64,000 bases of DNA from Lingula anatina. Its lineage: Eukaryota > Animalia > Brachiopoda. Under the pieces are notes generated by a model. The model worked only from the letters and a program-made list of their open reading frames with translations. It did not search any database and was not told the origin of the DNA. Shown here piece by piece: positions 28,314 to 40,747 of the stretch. The DNA lies in assembly GCA_051362555.1 (NCBI GenBank), contig CM120644.1, positions 21,908,534 to 21,972,533 on the forward strand, written 5' to 3'. Every line of letters starts with the position of its first letter. Positions within the stretch are counted from its first letter, which is position 1. A program made the position numbers and the translations under genes.

Positions 28314-28387
<74 letters not shown>
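28314..28387. repeat. (TA)n microsatellite
   Basis: Direct read; a second (TA)n is at ~29527-29586. Confidence 0.95.
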
Positions 28388-28391
<4 letters not shown>

Positions 28392-28424
28392 ACACTGGTA
28401 TATAATAAAAAAAAAAAAAAAGAA

Positions 28425-28841
28425 CAGCAGCTGTTTTGCCCCGACAGGTTTCATTGCATCTTCAGGTGGTTTGTTTATTTTGGTTACTAAAAGATGTCAA
28501 AGAGGCTGAATGTGATGTTTCTAACAATGGGTATTTCATTGTTGCTTTTACCAATGATGTTACCTGTTTAATGTAGGTTTATATTTATTAATAAATAGGT
28601 TTTCTTTTATTTCCCTTTCTGTTTGGGTTGTTTCCCTAGTGAATTTATAAAATGGGAATACCCTAAAGTCCTTGTTTTTGTTCATAGAGCATTCCCTGAT
28701 GTGTCCACTCACAGACGTGCACTGATATTTAGGTTGTCTTATTTGTTGTCTGTGAACGGTCATTCTATGTCGGAGAGTGTCTCCGGTTTGTCCTATATAG
28801 TTCTCACCACATCCACTGCAAGTTAATACATAAATTAAATC
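28425..28841 (-). mobile_element. Penelope-like element 3' fragment (GIY-YIG endonuclease)
   Basis: Translation DLIYVLTCSGCGENYIGQTGDTLRHRMTVHRQQI...REIKENLFINKYKPTLNR* ends at 28560 and is followed by a degenerate CTGAAGA..GCAAAAC hammerhead-like motif at ~28432-28465. Confidence 0.8.
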
Positions 28842-28844
28842 TTT

Positions 28845-29525
28845 CTCGTCATCTGGCTCATGCCAATCTTATCTGCTTGTGTCTGTTGGTCGACGGTGGC
28901 TTTTGACGAGGTCTTTTAGATGAAAGTTCGGCTTGTAAAAGATGCCCGTTGACTGTTTGCCTACTGATTCGAGCTCTTCCTAATCCAGGCTAGATGTTCC
29001 TCAGTTGTTTGGCCAACATGAACTGGTTCTGATGGCATAATCAAACCAGACATTTTCATCTCTTGCGTCGGTTAATATTGGTCTACCAGAAAAAGGCTTG
29101 TCCAATACATGATGAGTTTGGTGCCATTTTGCTACCAGCTTGGACACTTGACTTGCGCTATTTTTGTTGCCTTGCAATCTGTCTCTTTGGCACCCCAGCT
29201 CGATAAGTTCCTATTATTTGCCACCTGATGGCCTCGTTAAGTACTCTACTAACCATTAGTTGGTGCAATATAACAATTTGTGCCCATGAAACTAGCCAAA
29301 CTGGAAGCTGCACATGGCATGGCCAAACTGTGTTTTTCGCAAGTGTCACCCCCATTGCATATTCTACTGTGTCCAGCAGTAAAAAGTACTCAAATATAAG
29401 GGTACAGTTAGTCAAAGTAAAAACAAGAGATATATCTAGCTACTGTACCAATTTTGTCTCAATAAAAAGCTTGGTTGCTGAGAAATTTGAGAAATTAGAA
29501 AGTGTTGCTTAACTTATGAGCATCA

Positions 29526-29527
<2 letters not shown>
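28845..29527 (-). mobile_element. Truncated Tc1/mariner transposon (5' half), same family as 52677-53992
   Basis: TIR gtgttgcttaacttatgagcatcagt at ~29502-29527; LNEAIRWQIIGTYRAGVPKRQIARQ and ISRQTVNGHLLQAELSSKRPRQKP HTH fragments. Confidence 0.8.
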
Positions 29528-29588
<61 letters not shown>

Positions 29589-30444
29589 ACTTAATTAGTC
29601 AAGTGACTTACTGGCTCTAAACTTAGCTAGTGACTACCCAAGGGACAATTACAGACTGACCACCTGTTGTATCTATATGGCACCAAAGAGTATGTGAAAA
29701 TGAGAATTTCATAAGGAACTGCATTGCTACCAAAACAGAAAGCATTCTCACTGATTTTCCAACACTTCAGTCCTATGAGTATTTGCAGTAAATTTCAGAA
29801 TCATGAGTAACATGGTCATCATGGCAGCAAAGTCCAAAATAGGAATTTCATACAATATACAATATTAGATAATGCTTAACAGCAAATGACTGTCAATGAA
29901 TCTATGTTTTAAAGCTAAAACTGCATTTAGGTCCTATGTTTTTTTCTGTAAGTTTGAGAAGAGTTAAAGATATGGGTTTCCTTTAATGGTCACTATGGTG
30001 ACAGTGCTCAAAATAGGTTTCCTTCACTTTTGATATGATATTACATAATGCTTAACCGCATAATCACAATCGATCTTTAATCATGCACTGCAGGTAACAT
30101 GATATTAAGAAAATATGACTTGCAAAGGTCTTAAGGTCGATGAAAATAAGTCACACCTTGAAAATGCAAATATATGCACAAGAGATATCTATTCTAAAAT
30201 GAGTATCTTTTCTTTTTCAACACTCTTTTTACATAAAACAAAATGCAAAACACATGCATGGAGTTTGAGCCGCAGGGGGGGGGGGGGGCAGGGAAAGTTG
30301 ACATACCATCCCAACGATCTCCCCTAGAAATTCTTGAAAAGTATATTTTGAAGTTTTATACAGGGTGCGCATTTTCTTTTAGCATAGTAAATCAGGAGTC
30401 TCTTAATCCATTTTCCCTCAGTCAGCGTCTCTGACGTCAACACA

Positions 30445-30672
30445 CACTGGACAATAGAAGTGTCACCTCCTGCATCAGAGTAATCAAAATTATTAACCTG
30501 AAGAGGCCGAATATAAGCAATGTCAGAATATCGATACAGTTGAATTGTTCAGTCAGAACCGTTTCTCTTGTGAAATTTGATGTTAATAAAATGATACCAG
30601 GAGTATATCATTCCACAGTTATTTATCTTCCCCAAAGTATTGGTTCAGTAGGGGTGTCACTTCTATTGTCCA
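30445..30672. mobile_element. Tc1/mariner-type MITE (CACTGGACAATAGAAGTGTCACC TIR)
   Basis: Inverted ends; a second, inverted copy is at 51724-51953. Confidence 0.65.
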
Positions 30673-32315
30673 TGTAGATGCGTACCCAGCAATATAAATC
30701 AGGAGTTTCTTAATCAATTCATTTTCCTTCAGTCAGCGTCTCGGACGTCTTGATGCGTAGGCCTACCCAGCAACATACCACCTGGCTGTTTACACGTACA
30801 AGTACACTGTAGACAGTCAGCAGCTGCCCCATTCTCCACTCCCCCATTCAACCATCACGACATTTAATACAGAATTTTTTCTCACGTCCCAAAGCATCTT
30901 TTCAGTCTACGGAAATGTGGTCTCAGTCTTTCACATCTATACGGTATCTGTACACTGTCTGCTGTGATGGTTAGGATTACTCGGGTGTTTGCTTGTGCTA
31001 AGCACTCTTGTAGAACACACCTACCTAGAGGACTCCTGTATCTTTAAGGCATATACCGCTACTGCCTTGCTTGTTCTGGGGACGGCTGTACCCGAGCAAC
31101 AATAATAACACGGGAGCTGACCCAGTTACAATAATAGTTTTTTTTTTGTGTCACGGCCTACGCGGTTTTATAAGAGTAGGCGACACTGTATGAAGAGCCA
31201 GTTTTATAAGCACCAGACTAGTGCATCAAGGTGAAGGTTCACAGAATTTGACCTTATCGGGAATTAAACTTGATGAAAAACCACTTAAAAAAAGGCATAA
31301 CTTCATCAAAACTGCACCGATCAAGCTGATTTTTAAACCCAACCCGTATTTTAGTAAGATTGATCTCTCCTGTGAGTTTCATGACAATAAGCCAATCAGT
31401 TTTCCTTGAAATGTGTTATCAATGTTGCATACATACTGAAAAAAGTGAAAAACAGAAGAACTTTTGAAAAAAATGACCCGATCATGCTAATTTTCGAACT
31501 CGACTTGCCTTTAATGAATAAACATTAGTTCTGAAGGATTAAAGCCAAAATGTTTAAGTGCATGGCGACGACGGTGACGACTGCAAAGGCGACGATAGAC
31601 GCAGGTGACGGCTATATGTGCAAGAGATCATTTTCGTTCTTTGTTGTCTTCACTAGCACATTATGGAGCAAATCGTGGTGAGCACAACAATCAGATTTAG
31701 ACAGAATGTGAGGGTAAAAAATGCTTTCCTGGTCAGAGATTACTAAGTGCTCACTGTAAACTTGATAACTTGGCTCTTTTTACCGGAGTGCATTGTTTAA
31801 TTTTATTTAACCCATTGATTAACAAGTTGTAAACATTTAACTAATGGAAGTGTACAACACAAGAACAAAGCAGTTAAAAGTAATTTTATTTATTTAGAGA
31901 TACAGAACACGACTGAAGATACCTGTGTCTAATATATTTCAATTAAAGTGACTGAAACGATTTTTACAGAGATTTCTTCAAAAAACTCCACATGCTTGAA
32001 AATAACGAGTTTTATATTATATTTCAAAATGTACACAGACCTCTAAGATAATAGACTAAGATATCCGTGTATTATAATAATAATAATATTTCAAACACCT
32101 TATTACACATAGTAAAATTATTTTACAAACGAGATTCAAGAAATTAAACTATATACATATTTGAGTCATAAGGCACTATAGGATTATTATTAATGTAGAC
32201 TTATGTAATTCATCTTCTGTTTCAGATAGCGATCAGTGTCAAGTTGGACCAATAAACGCTTAACGAGAAATAGTACAGTGTACTTATATATGATCGCTAT
32301 CCCATACCTGACATC

Positions 32316-35300
32316 ATGCCGGCGGTCCAATGCCCAATAGAAGGCTGTGACTACACCACAGATGACCTTGACGCCACTATCGTAGCAGCCCTACTCACCA
32401 CACACAGCTCTGTTCATACCAATGCCCCCGTTACTGCAGCCAAAGTGGAGAAAGTCAAGCGGCCCACAATATCAGCCTGTGGTACCAGCGAAGAGTGGTC
32501 ATACTTTCAGTCCAGATGGACAGAATATGCCTATGCAACAAAGATAGCTGGCAAAGACAGGGTTATCCAATTGCTGGAATGTTGTGATGACCCCTTGCGA
32601 TAAGACCTAAGTAGGACAGCATGTGGGAGCCTTGCAAACTAATCCGTTGATGAGGTGATGGCTGCAATCAAAGCATTAGCAGTACGCACAGAGAACACAA
32701 TGGTGGCAAGAGTGACACTACAGAACATGCGCCAAGACAGAGATGAACCTGCTCGCAACTATGGAGCCCGTCTAAAAGGCCAGGCAGGAGTATGCAAATT
32801 TTCTGTCTCATGCCCCAGTTGCAACACTGCTGTAAGCTACATGGAGGAGATGACCCGTGATGTTCTAACCCATGGACTAGCAGACTCTGAGATCCAAATA
32901 GACCTTTTAGGGGATAAGAACCAGGACATGACATTGGAGGAAGTCCTCCAATTTGTGGAAGCAAAAGAAGCAGAAAAGTGCTCCGCATCACGCTTACAAG
33001 AATCCCAAGCAGCTGAGGCCATCGGTAGCACTTACCGACGCAAGAAAAAAGAGACCCCCGCCCCTGCCTAAAAACCACCCCAGGACCCCTGTGGCTACTG
33101 CGGAAAAACTGGCCATGGCAAGGCTGCTCCTCTACGCATTCGTAGGAAAGATTGCCCCACCTTTGGGCACAAATGCCAGACCTGCACGTGATACCACCAC
33201 CTTGAAATAGTGTGCCGTAGCAAAGATAAACCCAAGCCGAGCCAGAAGACTACTTCCTGTCATGAGGCAGATGACTGTGAAGGCGCAGTCTATGAATCGC
33301 TCTGCTCTGTCACCATCACAACACAACATAGGAAAGGCAGGGCCATTGCTTTAGATCATCATATCTATGATCAATTGAATGACACGTGGGTGCGAAGAGC
33401 TTCCAAACCACAACCGTTCGTCAATCTCAGAATCACTGTCTGTGCAGATGATTACAGAGAGCTAGGCTTCAGCCTTCTATCCTCAGCCACACCAATAGAA
33501 CATCCTTCAATGGCTGACACTGGTTGTCAGAGCTGCCTTGTGGCATTAAGGTAATCCAACGTCTAGGCCTGAAGCAACAGGACCTGATCCCAGTCACTAT
33601 GAAGATGCACACTGCTGTCAACAATGGCATCAACATTCTTAGAGCAACTATACTTTCCTATGCTGGGAGGGGCCCATCTGGCAAACTGGTGGAAACAAGA
33701 CAGATGACTTATGTCACCAACAACTCTGACAAGCTCTTAATCAGCTGGGAGGCATGTTTTGCACTTGGCATCATACCAAAGACCTTCCCGACTGTGGGTG
33801 CAGATCACATGTCGCAGTGTGCATCCGTGTTCCCTGACATTACCCTTACAGCATGTGGCACTGATGCCCAACACACATGCACTTGCCCCAAACGTCAACC
33901 ACCTCACCAGCCTCCAACCAAGCTGCCCTTCCCTGCAGAGGAACAGAATCGTGGGCGACTGAAGGAATACCTTCTGGACTATTACAGGTCCAGTACGTTT
34001 AATACATGTGATCATCAGCCCTTGCCCCTTATGGACAGCCCGCCAATGAAATTGATGGTAGACCCTTGAGCTGCACCAGTAGCCTATCACACTCCAATAC
34101 CATTCCCACTTCACTGGCAGGAAGAAGTGAAAGCAGGTCTCGACCAAGATGTCAGACTGGGGGTCATCGAACCAGTCCCAATTGGTAAGCCAGTCACCTG
34201 GTGCCACTGCATGGTTGTATGGGCGAAGAACAATGGCAGGCTACGCCGCACAGTTGATCACCATGACGTCAGACTGGGGGTCATCGAACCAATCCCAATT
34301 GGTAAGCCAGTCACCTGGTGCCACTGCATGGGTGTATGTGTGAAGAACAATGGCAGGCTACGCCGCACAGTTGATCTACAGGCCCTAAATGCACATGCTA
34401 CACGAGAGACCCACCACACCCCTTCTCCTTTTCACCAAGATAGGGCAAGAAAAAGACAGTTCTGGATGCGTGGAATGGATACCACAGTGTACCCATTCGT
34501 GAGGAGGATCGCCATTTAACAACGTTTATCACACCCTGGGGCAGATACCGATATTAGGTTGCCCCCCCCAAGAATACATTGCTTCAGGTGATGGGTACAC
34601 CAGGAGATACGACGAAATTGTCTCGCACATCACTAACAAAACCAAATGTGTCGATGATGTCCTACTTTTGTCCAGCTCAATAGAGGGGAGTTTCTTCAAA
34701 GCCGTGAAGTGGTTAGACATCTGTGGTAGACATGGCATCACCCTGAACCCAGAGAGGTTTGTCTTTGCACAAGATGAGGTGGAATTTGCAGGATTTGACA
34801 TTACCCTGGACAGTGTCAAGCCCAGTTCCAAGTACCTTCAGGCCATCTTGGACTTTCCCACCCCTCGAAACATGACTGATGTGCGATCATGGTTTGGTTT
34901 GGTCAACCAGGTATCATATGCCTTCAGCATGGCAGACAAAATGCTTCCCTTTAGATGTTTTCTTCAACCTGGAACCCCCTTCAGATGGGACGAGGATCTC
35001 AACAGTCTCTTCGAAGAATCCAAGGCTGTCATCTCCAAGGAAATTGAAGAGGGGGTCCGAATATTTGACAAGTCCAGGCCCACATGCCTTGCAACTGACT
35101 GGTCCAAAAATGGAATTGGGTTCTGGCTCCTACAGAAGAATTGCTCTTGCCAGCCTATCCGACCATTCTGCTGCCCATCTGGATGGAAGATTACTCTTGT
35201 AGGCAGCCGTTTTACCCACTCTGCTGAATCGCGATATGCCCCCATCGAGGGTGAAACCCTAGCTGTTGCTGATGCTCTGAACAAGACAAGGTACTTTGTC

Positions 35301-36714
35301 CTTGGATGTCATGACCTCATCATTGCAGTTGACCACAAGCCATTACTGAAGGTCTTTAGCGGCAGGTCCCTTGATGATATCAACAATCCCTGCCTAAGAA
35401 ACTTGAAGGAGAAGACCCTCAGATACCGCTTCCAGATGGTACATATACGTGGGGTCAAACACCTTGCTGCAGATTGCGTATCTCGTCATCCCACAGGAGA
35501 TCCAGATAAGCTCCCCCTCCCTGACGACGTTGCTTCTGTCAGCCAACATCACCCTCTGTCTCAAATCCGATCCCCTGCCCCCAATCACATCCTCATGGAG
35601 GAAGACATGATCTCTGCACTTACATCTTCTCTGGCATCCATCACCTTGAAATCAGTGACCTGGGACAGAGTACGCTCAGCAACCACAAGTGATGCAGATA
35701 TGGCTATGCTAGTAGACTTAATAACCTCAGGTCTGCCAGAGAGCCACCAAGAGTTCCCCATGAAGCTTCACGAGTATTATCAGTTCAAGGAGGACCTCAG
35801 CACAATCGACGGAGTTGTGTTGTATAGAGACCGTGTAGTCATCCCATCTGCATTAAGGCAAGACGTCCTCTCTACATTGCACAGTGCCCATCAGGGGATC
35901 TCCTCTATGATAACCAGAGCCGAGTCCTCAATCTTCTGGCCTGGCATTACACCCGAAATAATATCCACCAGAACAGGTTGCAACCACTGCAACCGCATGA
36001 CCCCCTCCCAACCGAGTGCCCCTCCGACACCATTGATGTATCCTGACTACCCATTCCAGTGCATCTGTGCTGACTACTTCCACTACATGGGTAATTACTA
36101 CCTTTTCATCGTTGATCGGTATTCCACCTGGCCGATTTCGGAGAGAGCATCCCAAGGAGCGGCTGGCCTGTTAGCTTCTCTTCGAGGGACCTTTGTCACC
36201 TTTGGCATAGCCGATGAGCTATCCTCAGATGGGGGACGGGAGTTCACATCAACTGCCACCAAGACGTTTCTTTCTGATTGGGGTGTACATCATCGTATGT
36301 CATCAGTAGCCTTTCCCCATAGTAAATGCCGTGCTGAAGTTGGAATTAAACGTAAAACGCCTCATCACAGACAATACCAGCCCTAATGGTGACCTGGACA
36401 TGGACAGCTTTCAGCGTGCTATGCTTCAGTACAGGAACACCACAGACAGAGACACCAAACTCTCACCGGCAATGTGCGTCTTTGGGCACCCCATCCGTAA
36501 TTTCATCCCCATTCCACCAGGAAGATATAAACCACACACCACTTGGCAAGTGACCCTTAAGGCTAGGGAGGAAGCGCTCAGAAATCGCCATATGCACACC
36601 AAGAGACTTGTAACCCTTGCAATAGGGGACCGTGTCCGAATCCAGAACCAGACAAGCCCTCACCCCCTGAAATGGGACAAGACTGGGACTGTAGTTTACT
36701 TGTTTACACACTAG
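32316..36714 (+). pseudogene. Disrupted gag-pol of the Gypsy element
   Basis: ORF pieces 32316-32603, 32655-33071, 33210-33554, 33524-34069, 34127-34519, 34668-36386 and 36331-36714, joined by stops and frameshifts. Confidence 0.88.
34143..34376 (+). repeat. 117-bp in-frame tandem duplication in the RT N-terminus
   Basis: DVRLGVIEPxPIGKPVTWCHCMxVxxKNNGRLRRTVD occurs twice (34143-34259 and 34260-34376). Confidence 0.9.
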
Positions 36715-37158
36715 TGACCTCTCATGGATCACTGAAACATTTCAGTATTTCTGCTGACTTTGGTTATCAGTGAACCTAAAGACTTGGGGGGAGATATAGG
36801 ATTATTATTTATGTAGACTGTTTCAGATAGCGATCATTGTCAAGTTGGACCAATAAACGCTTAACGACAAATAGTACAGTGTACTTATTTAGGCACAATT
36901 ATATAATTCAAATGGCATGAACACAATTAATATTAAAACAAAGGAAAAAGAATGAGACGAGGAAAACTAGCCATTGCTACAACCCTGTACCCTACATATT
37001 ATGGAAAAAGCGTCCACTTTTTTGTATTTCTCTCGCTTCCTTGTGTGATTTTTTAAAACTTTCCCCTTCTCCCATTTGCCACAGCCTGGTTAAGCCCGTA
37101 CCTTTGAATACCAAAGTGAAACGTACAGTTCGTCAGCGCTTTTCCTGCAGAACGCTGT

Positions 37159-40100
37159 CTAGTCACCTCTTGGTGTGACTGTTAGACCAAGAGGTTCGTC
37201 TGGTTTCCCGAATATAGTATACGTGATCCCAATGTCCTCCGAGCCCGTGTGTTGTATCGTGAAATTTTGGACAAGCTGAAGAGAGAAAGAGAATGAAATG
37301 GTGAAATAAAAGGTAAACTATACGTGATGGAAAATGTCCTCAAATACATGAATTTTATCTCTACATTTCCTGCATGAAACGTAGCAATAACATAGCACTT
37401 AGAAATGGTATAAAGCACGTAGGTAGGTGATTCGTGAGAAGGAGAAAATTTAATTTGGCGGGGAAATCTGGAAAGGCCTCCTTTAAGGTAAACACGATTG
37501 CCCATGCGCAAACTAGGGCTTGTCGAAGGAAAATATAATATCAAATAAATACCTAATGAATTGTATCCACATATCTAAATAAGATGAAGTGAATTACGTT
37601 GTTTTCTTGTCCAAATATGAAGGAGAGTGTGTAGCAGAAAATGTGCTTGTATGTATAGCAGAAAAAGTGTGTGAGAGAGAGAGAGATAGAGGGAGGAGGG
37701 GAAAAGAGAGACGAGAGGCAGGGGGGGGGGGGGGGTCGATACCTTGCTGATAGCAATGTACATCTGCTGTTCTGCGAACCGTTTTCCTATACACATTCTG
37801 GGGCCGTGGCCGAAGGGCAGCAGGAGGTAAGGGTGTGGCTGCACGTTGTCCTCCTTCATCCAGCGTTCAGGAGAGTAGGCGTGAGGGTTAGGAAAGTACT
37901 CGGACTGCAAGCACGAGGTGTTGTTACAGTTTATCACACAGGTCTGAAAGAAAGAAGGAATGATCAGCCGCGTGACTGAGCATAACATTACACCCAATCA
38001 GCGCCAACTCACCGCCTTACAATAAACAGGTATACTGAAAGTTAAAATTACGAATTTACTTTCATGTTAAAACTTATTAAAGATGAGAATGTGGTTACCC
38101 AATGGGAGCATTTCAAAAAAGTTGTGGCGGTTTAGGTAAGTGTTAAGACTTCTTCTGTCTTAAAGGTACATACGAACCGAGCATCGGTGGAGCGTGGATT
38201 CCCAGTAACACATGTAAACCACTTCTACTAGTTTCTTATACAACCCTAATAAATTCGACATGCCAAGGGATAAACTGAATAAATCACCCGATCAGCCATT
38301 AAAGAGCTTTAGAGTGCTCCTTTCTTTAAATTTTTGGTTGTCAATTTAACCTACTTTCATGACCTACTTTTCTGCCCCACTGACATACAGCATAGAATGC
38401 TAGCAGAAAAATCTGTTCAAACATCACTTTCGGGTAAAATTAAACAAAGCCTTTTGGTAATTCTCTTAGTTATACTACTTGAAACTAAATGCTGGCATTT
38501 GGTTGGTTTTTATGAGAAGAAATTGACTTTGTATGTATCTTTAAGAGAACGTGCACGGTTAATTTGGCTTGAAGTCTAGTTCGAGACCACGCTTGCATCA
38601 TTATGATGTGAGAATAAATATCCACAAACCCCTTTTGGTACTAAAAAACCTCCAAGAACGGCGTCTTCGGCCAGGATTCTCGTCGCCCCAAGCACTACAG
38701 GGAAGGATAGCCTGAAAACACGATAACAAATGAAAATAGAGCGTAATAGAGATTTCCTCTACGCAGGACTATATTGCACACTGCAGAAAAAACAATTTAC
38801 TTCATATACAACAATGGTCAAAAAGGTTGTCCCACTTCCAATACCATGCGTGTTAGAGGGTTAGTTCTCATCTGCATTGCACACTCCAATTCATGCCACA
38901 GGTGCTCAGTATGGTTAATATCAGGGCTCAATGTTGTGGTTCTTCCCTCCGAACATTGTGTTTTTGCATCAAATCACTGGGCAAACGAAAACTGTGAGGA
39001 AGTGTGTTGTCATGATAAAGCCTGGAGTTAACCCTGAAGTCAGCTCTGCAGATGGAGTGAGATATGAGCTGAGAATGTTACGCTCAGTGATCCCAGAGGC
39101 ACCGGAACCTGGTCAACCATAACTGGAATGAAGCTGGTTTTGCTGAAGAACCAATGTATTTCTTATATCTCATTGATGGTCAAATGAGGGTCCATATACA
39201 TGGTGCAGAATGCTCCTTGGAAGGGTGTGTGGAGAATAATATCGCCTGAGGTGTCAGATCTGTCCGCGTTTGGAGCATCCCAAGTCCATGATATTCGTAC
39301 GTTGTTCCATCTGGAACAGAACGTTACAGGGACATTTTACTGTAGCATTCTCAACAGATATCTAGCTCCATATGCAAGGGGTGACTTCATTGTGACAACA
39401 GTCATTTGTTGCAGAAACTCGGTGTTCTGAAGATGGAGCAACCATATTTAAGCCCTGATACTAACCTTACTGAGCACCCGTGATATGAATAAGAGTGTGC
39501 TATGTAGAGGAGAACCAATCTCCTAATAATCTGAAACAACTCCACCAAGCTCCTTAGGAAGACTGGGTCAAAATTCCTTAAAACAGAATTGTTACATTTG
39601 TCATAGCAAGCTGCGCCACCTTCAGGAGATAATTGCAGTACCCGGTATACACGCACGCTTTTAGATTCGTGATCTTAAACGAGCACACCCTAATGCTAAT
39701 TGTATGTAAATTTGATGCCATTCAGTAGTAAGTTTTCAATTTACTGAACATTTCTTTACCTTTGTGGAAACCACAGTGAAATATCGGTCTTAACGGGAAC
39801 ATATCAAAAATTTAAATAAATGGTATGACTTTTGGATATTTTCACTGCTATTTTGTATTTTCCGAACCATTTATTAGGTTATATATGATATCTGGAACAA
39901 AAGGCACTGTTTATAATAATTAACACTAGTGAGGTGATCATTTGTAAATAAAAGCAAATGGAATTGAGTGGGACAACCTTTTTGACTAATGTTGTAAATT
40001 AAACTAGTTCTGGTTTTACCACTTGTATACCCCAAAAATGTTGATAAATGTAGTTCTCTTAAGGATTTACTTTGCATACCTCATAGACTCTTTCACACAC

Positions 40101-40700
40101 GCTTTCATATAGGGCAGACGATTGAGGTGTTCGGGGGTCATGTGACAATCTCTCGGCAACACTCGGGTCACTTCGGCCCTTAATTTGTCTTGTTTGTCTG
40201 GATTGCGAGCCAAATTGTACATTAAAAAGGCGAGGCTATTTGAGGTCTGAAACAGAAAGCAACAGAAAATATAAATAGACACAAAGCCTAACTTAAAGAT
40301 AAAAAAGGCCAAAAGTACGCAGGAAATCAGGACATATTCCGTCATCACATGTTGATAGTAAAAAGGGTATGAATAAGTTCAAAATGAATGTGATATCTTT
40401 CCCGACTCCACGACCTACACTGGGGTGTGTCTGTTTCTTGGGGGGGGGGGGGGGGGGGGGGGGGGAGGAAGCCTTTAGGGAGGAAGCCTTTAGGCTTTAG
40501 TGCTGTCGGAGATTCATCTATCATGCTTTTGTTCTGACGCACTTTTTCCGAATTCTTTCGGCTTCTTTAAACGTGTTAGTGTATTACTTGTGCAATCGTC
40601 GTATTCAATGTTGGCTTTGGACTCCATATCAAACGTTTAATTTCTCATAGCAGAGCTCCCCATTGAAAGATGATATGAAATCGTAAAGGGAAACTGCTGA

Positions 40701-40747
<47 letters not shown>

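Larger units (their letters stand above)
32177..36891 (+). mobile_element. Ty3/Gypsy LTR retrotransposon, decayed
   Basis: LTRs at 32177-32290 (114 bp) and 36795-36891 (97 bp, 17-bp indel); GGCAC TSD at 32172-32176 and 36892-36896; PPT GGGGGGAGA at 36786-36794. Gag starts at 32316 with Zn knuckles at ~33090-33215, then protease ADTG, RT (CVDD), RNase H (ATDWS..YAPIEGE), and integrase HHCC + DDE core in Gypsy order. Multiple stops and frameshifts. Confidence 0.93.
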
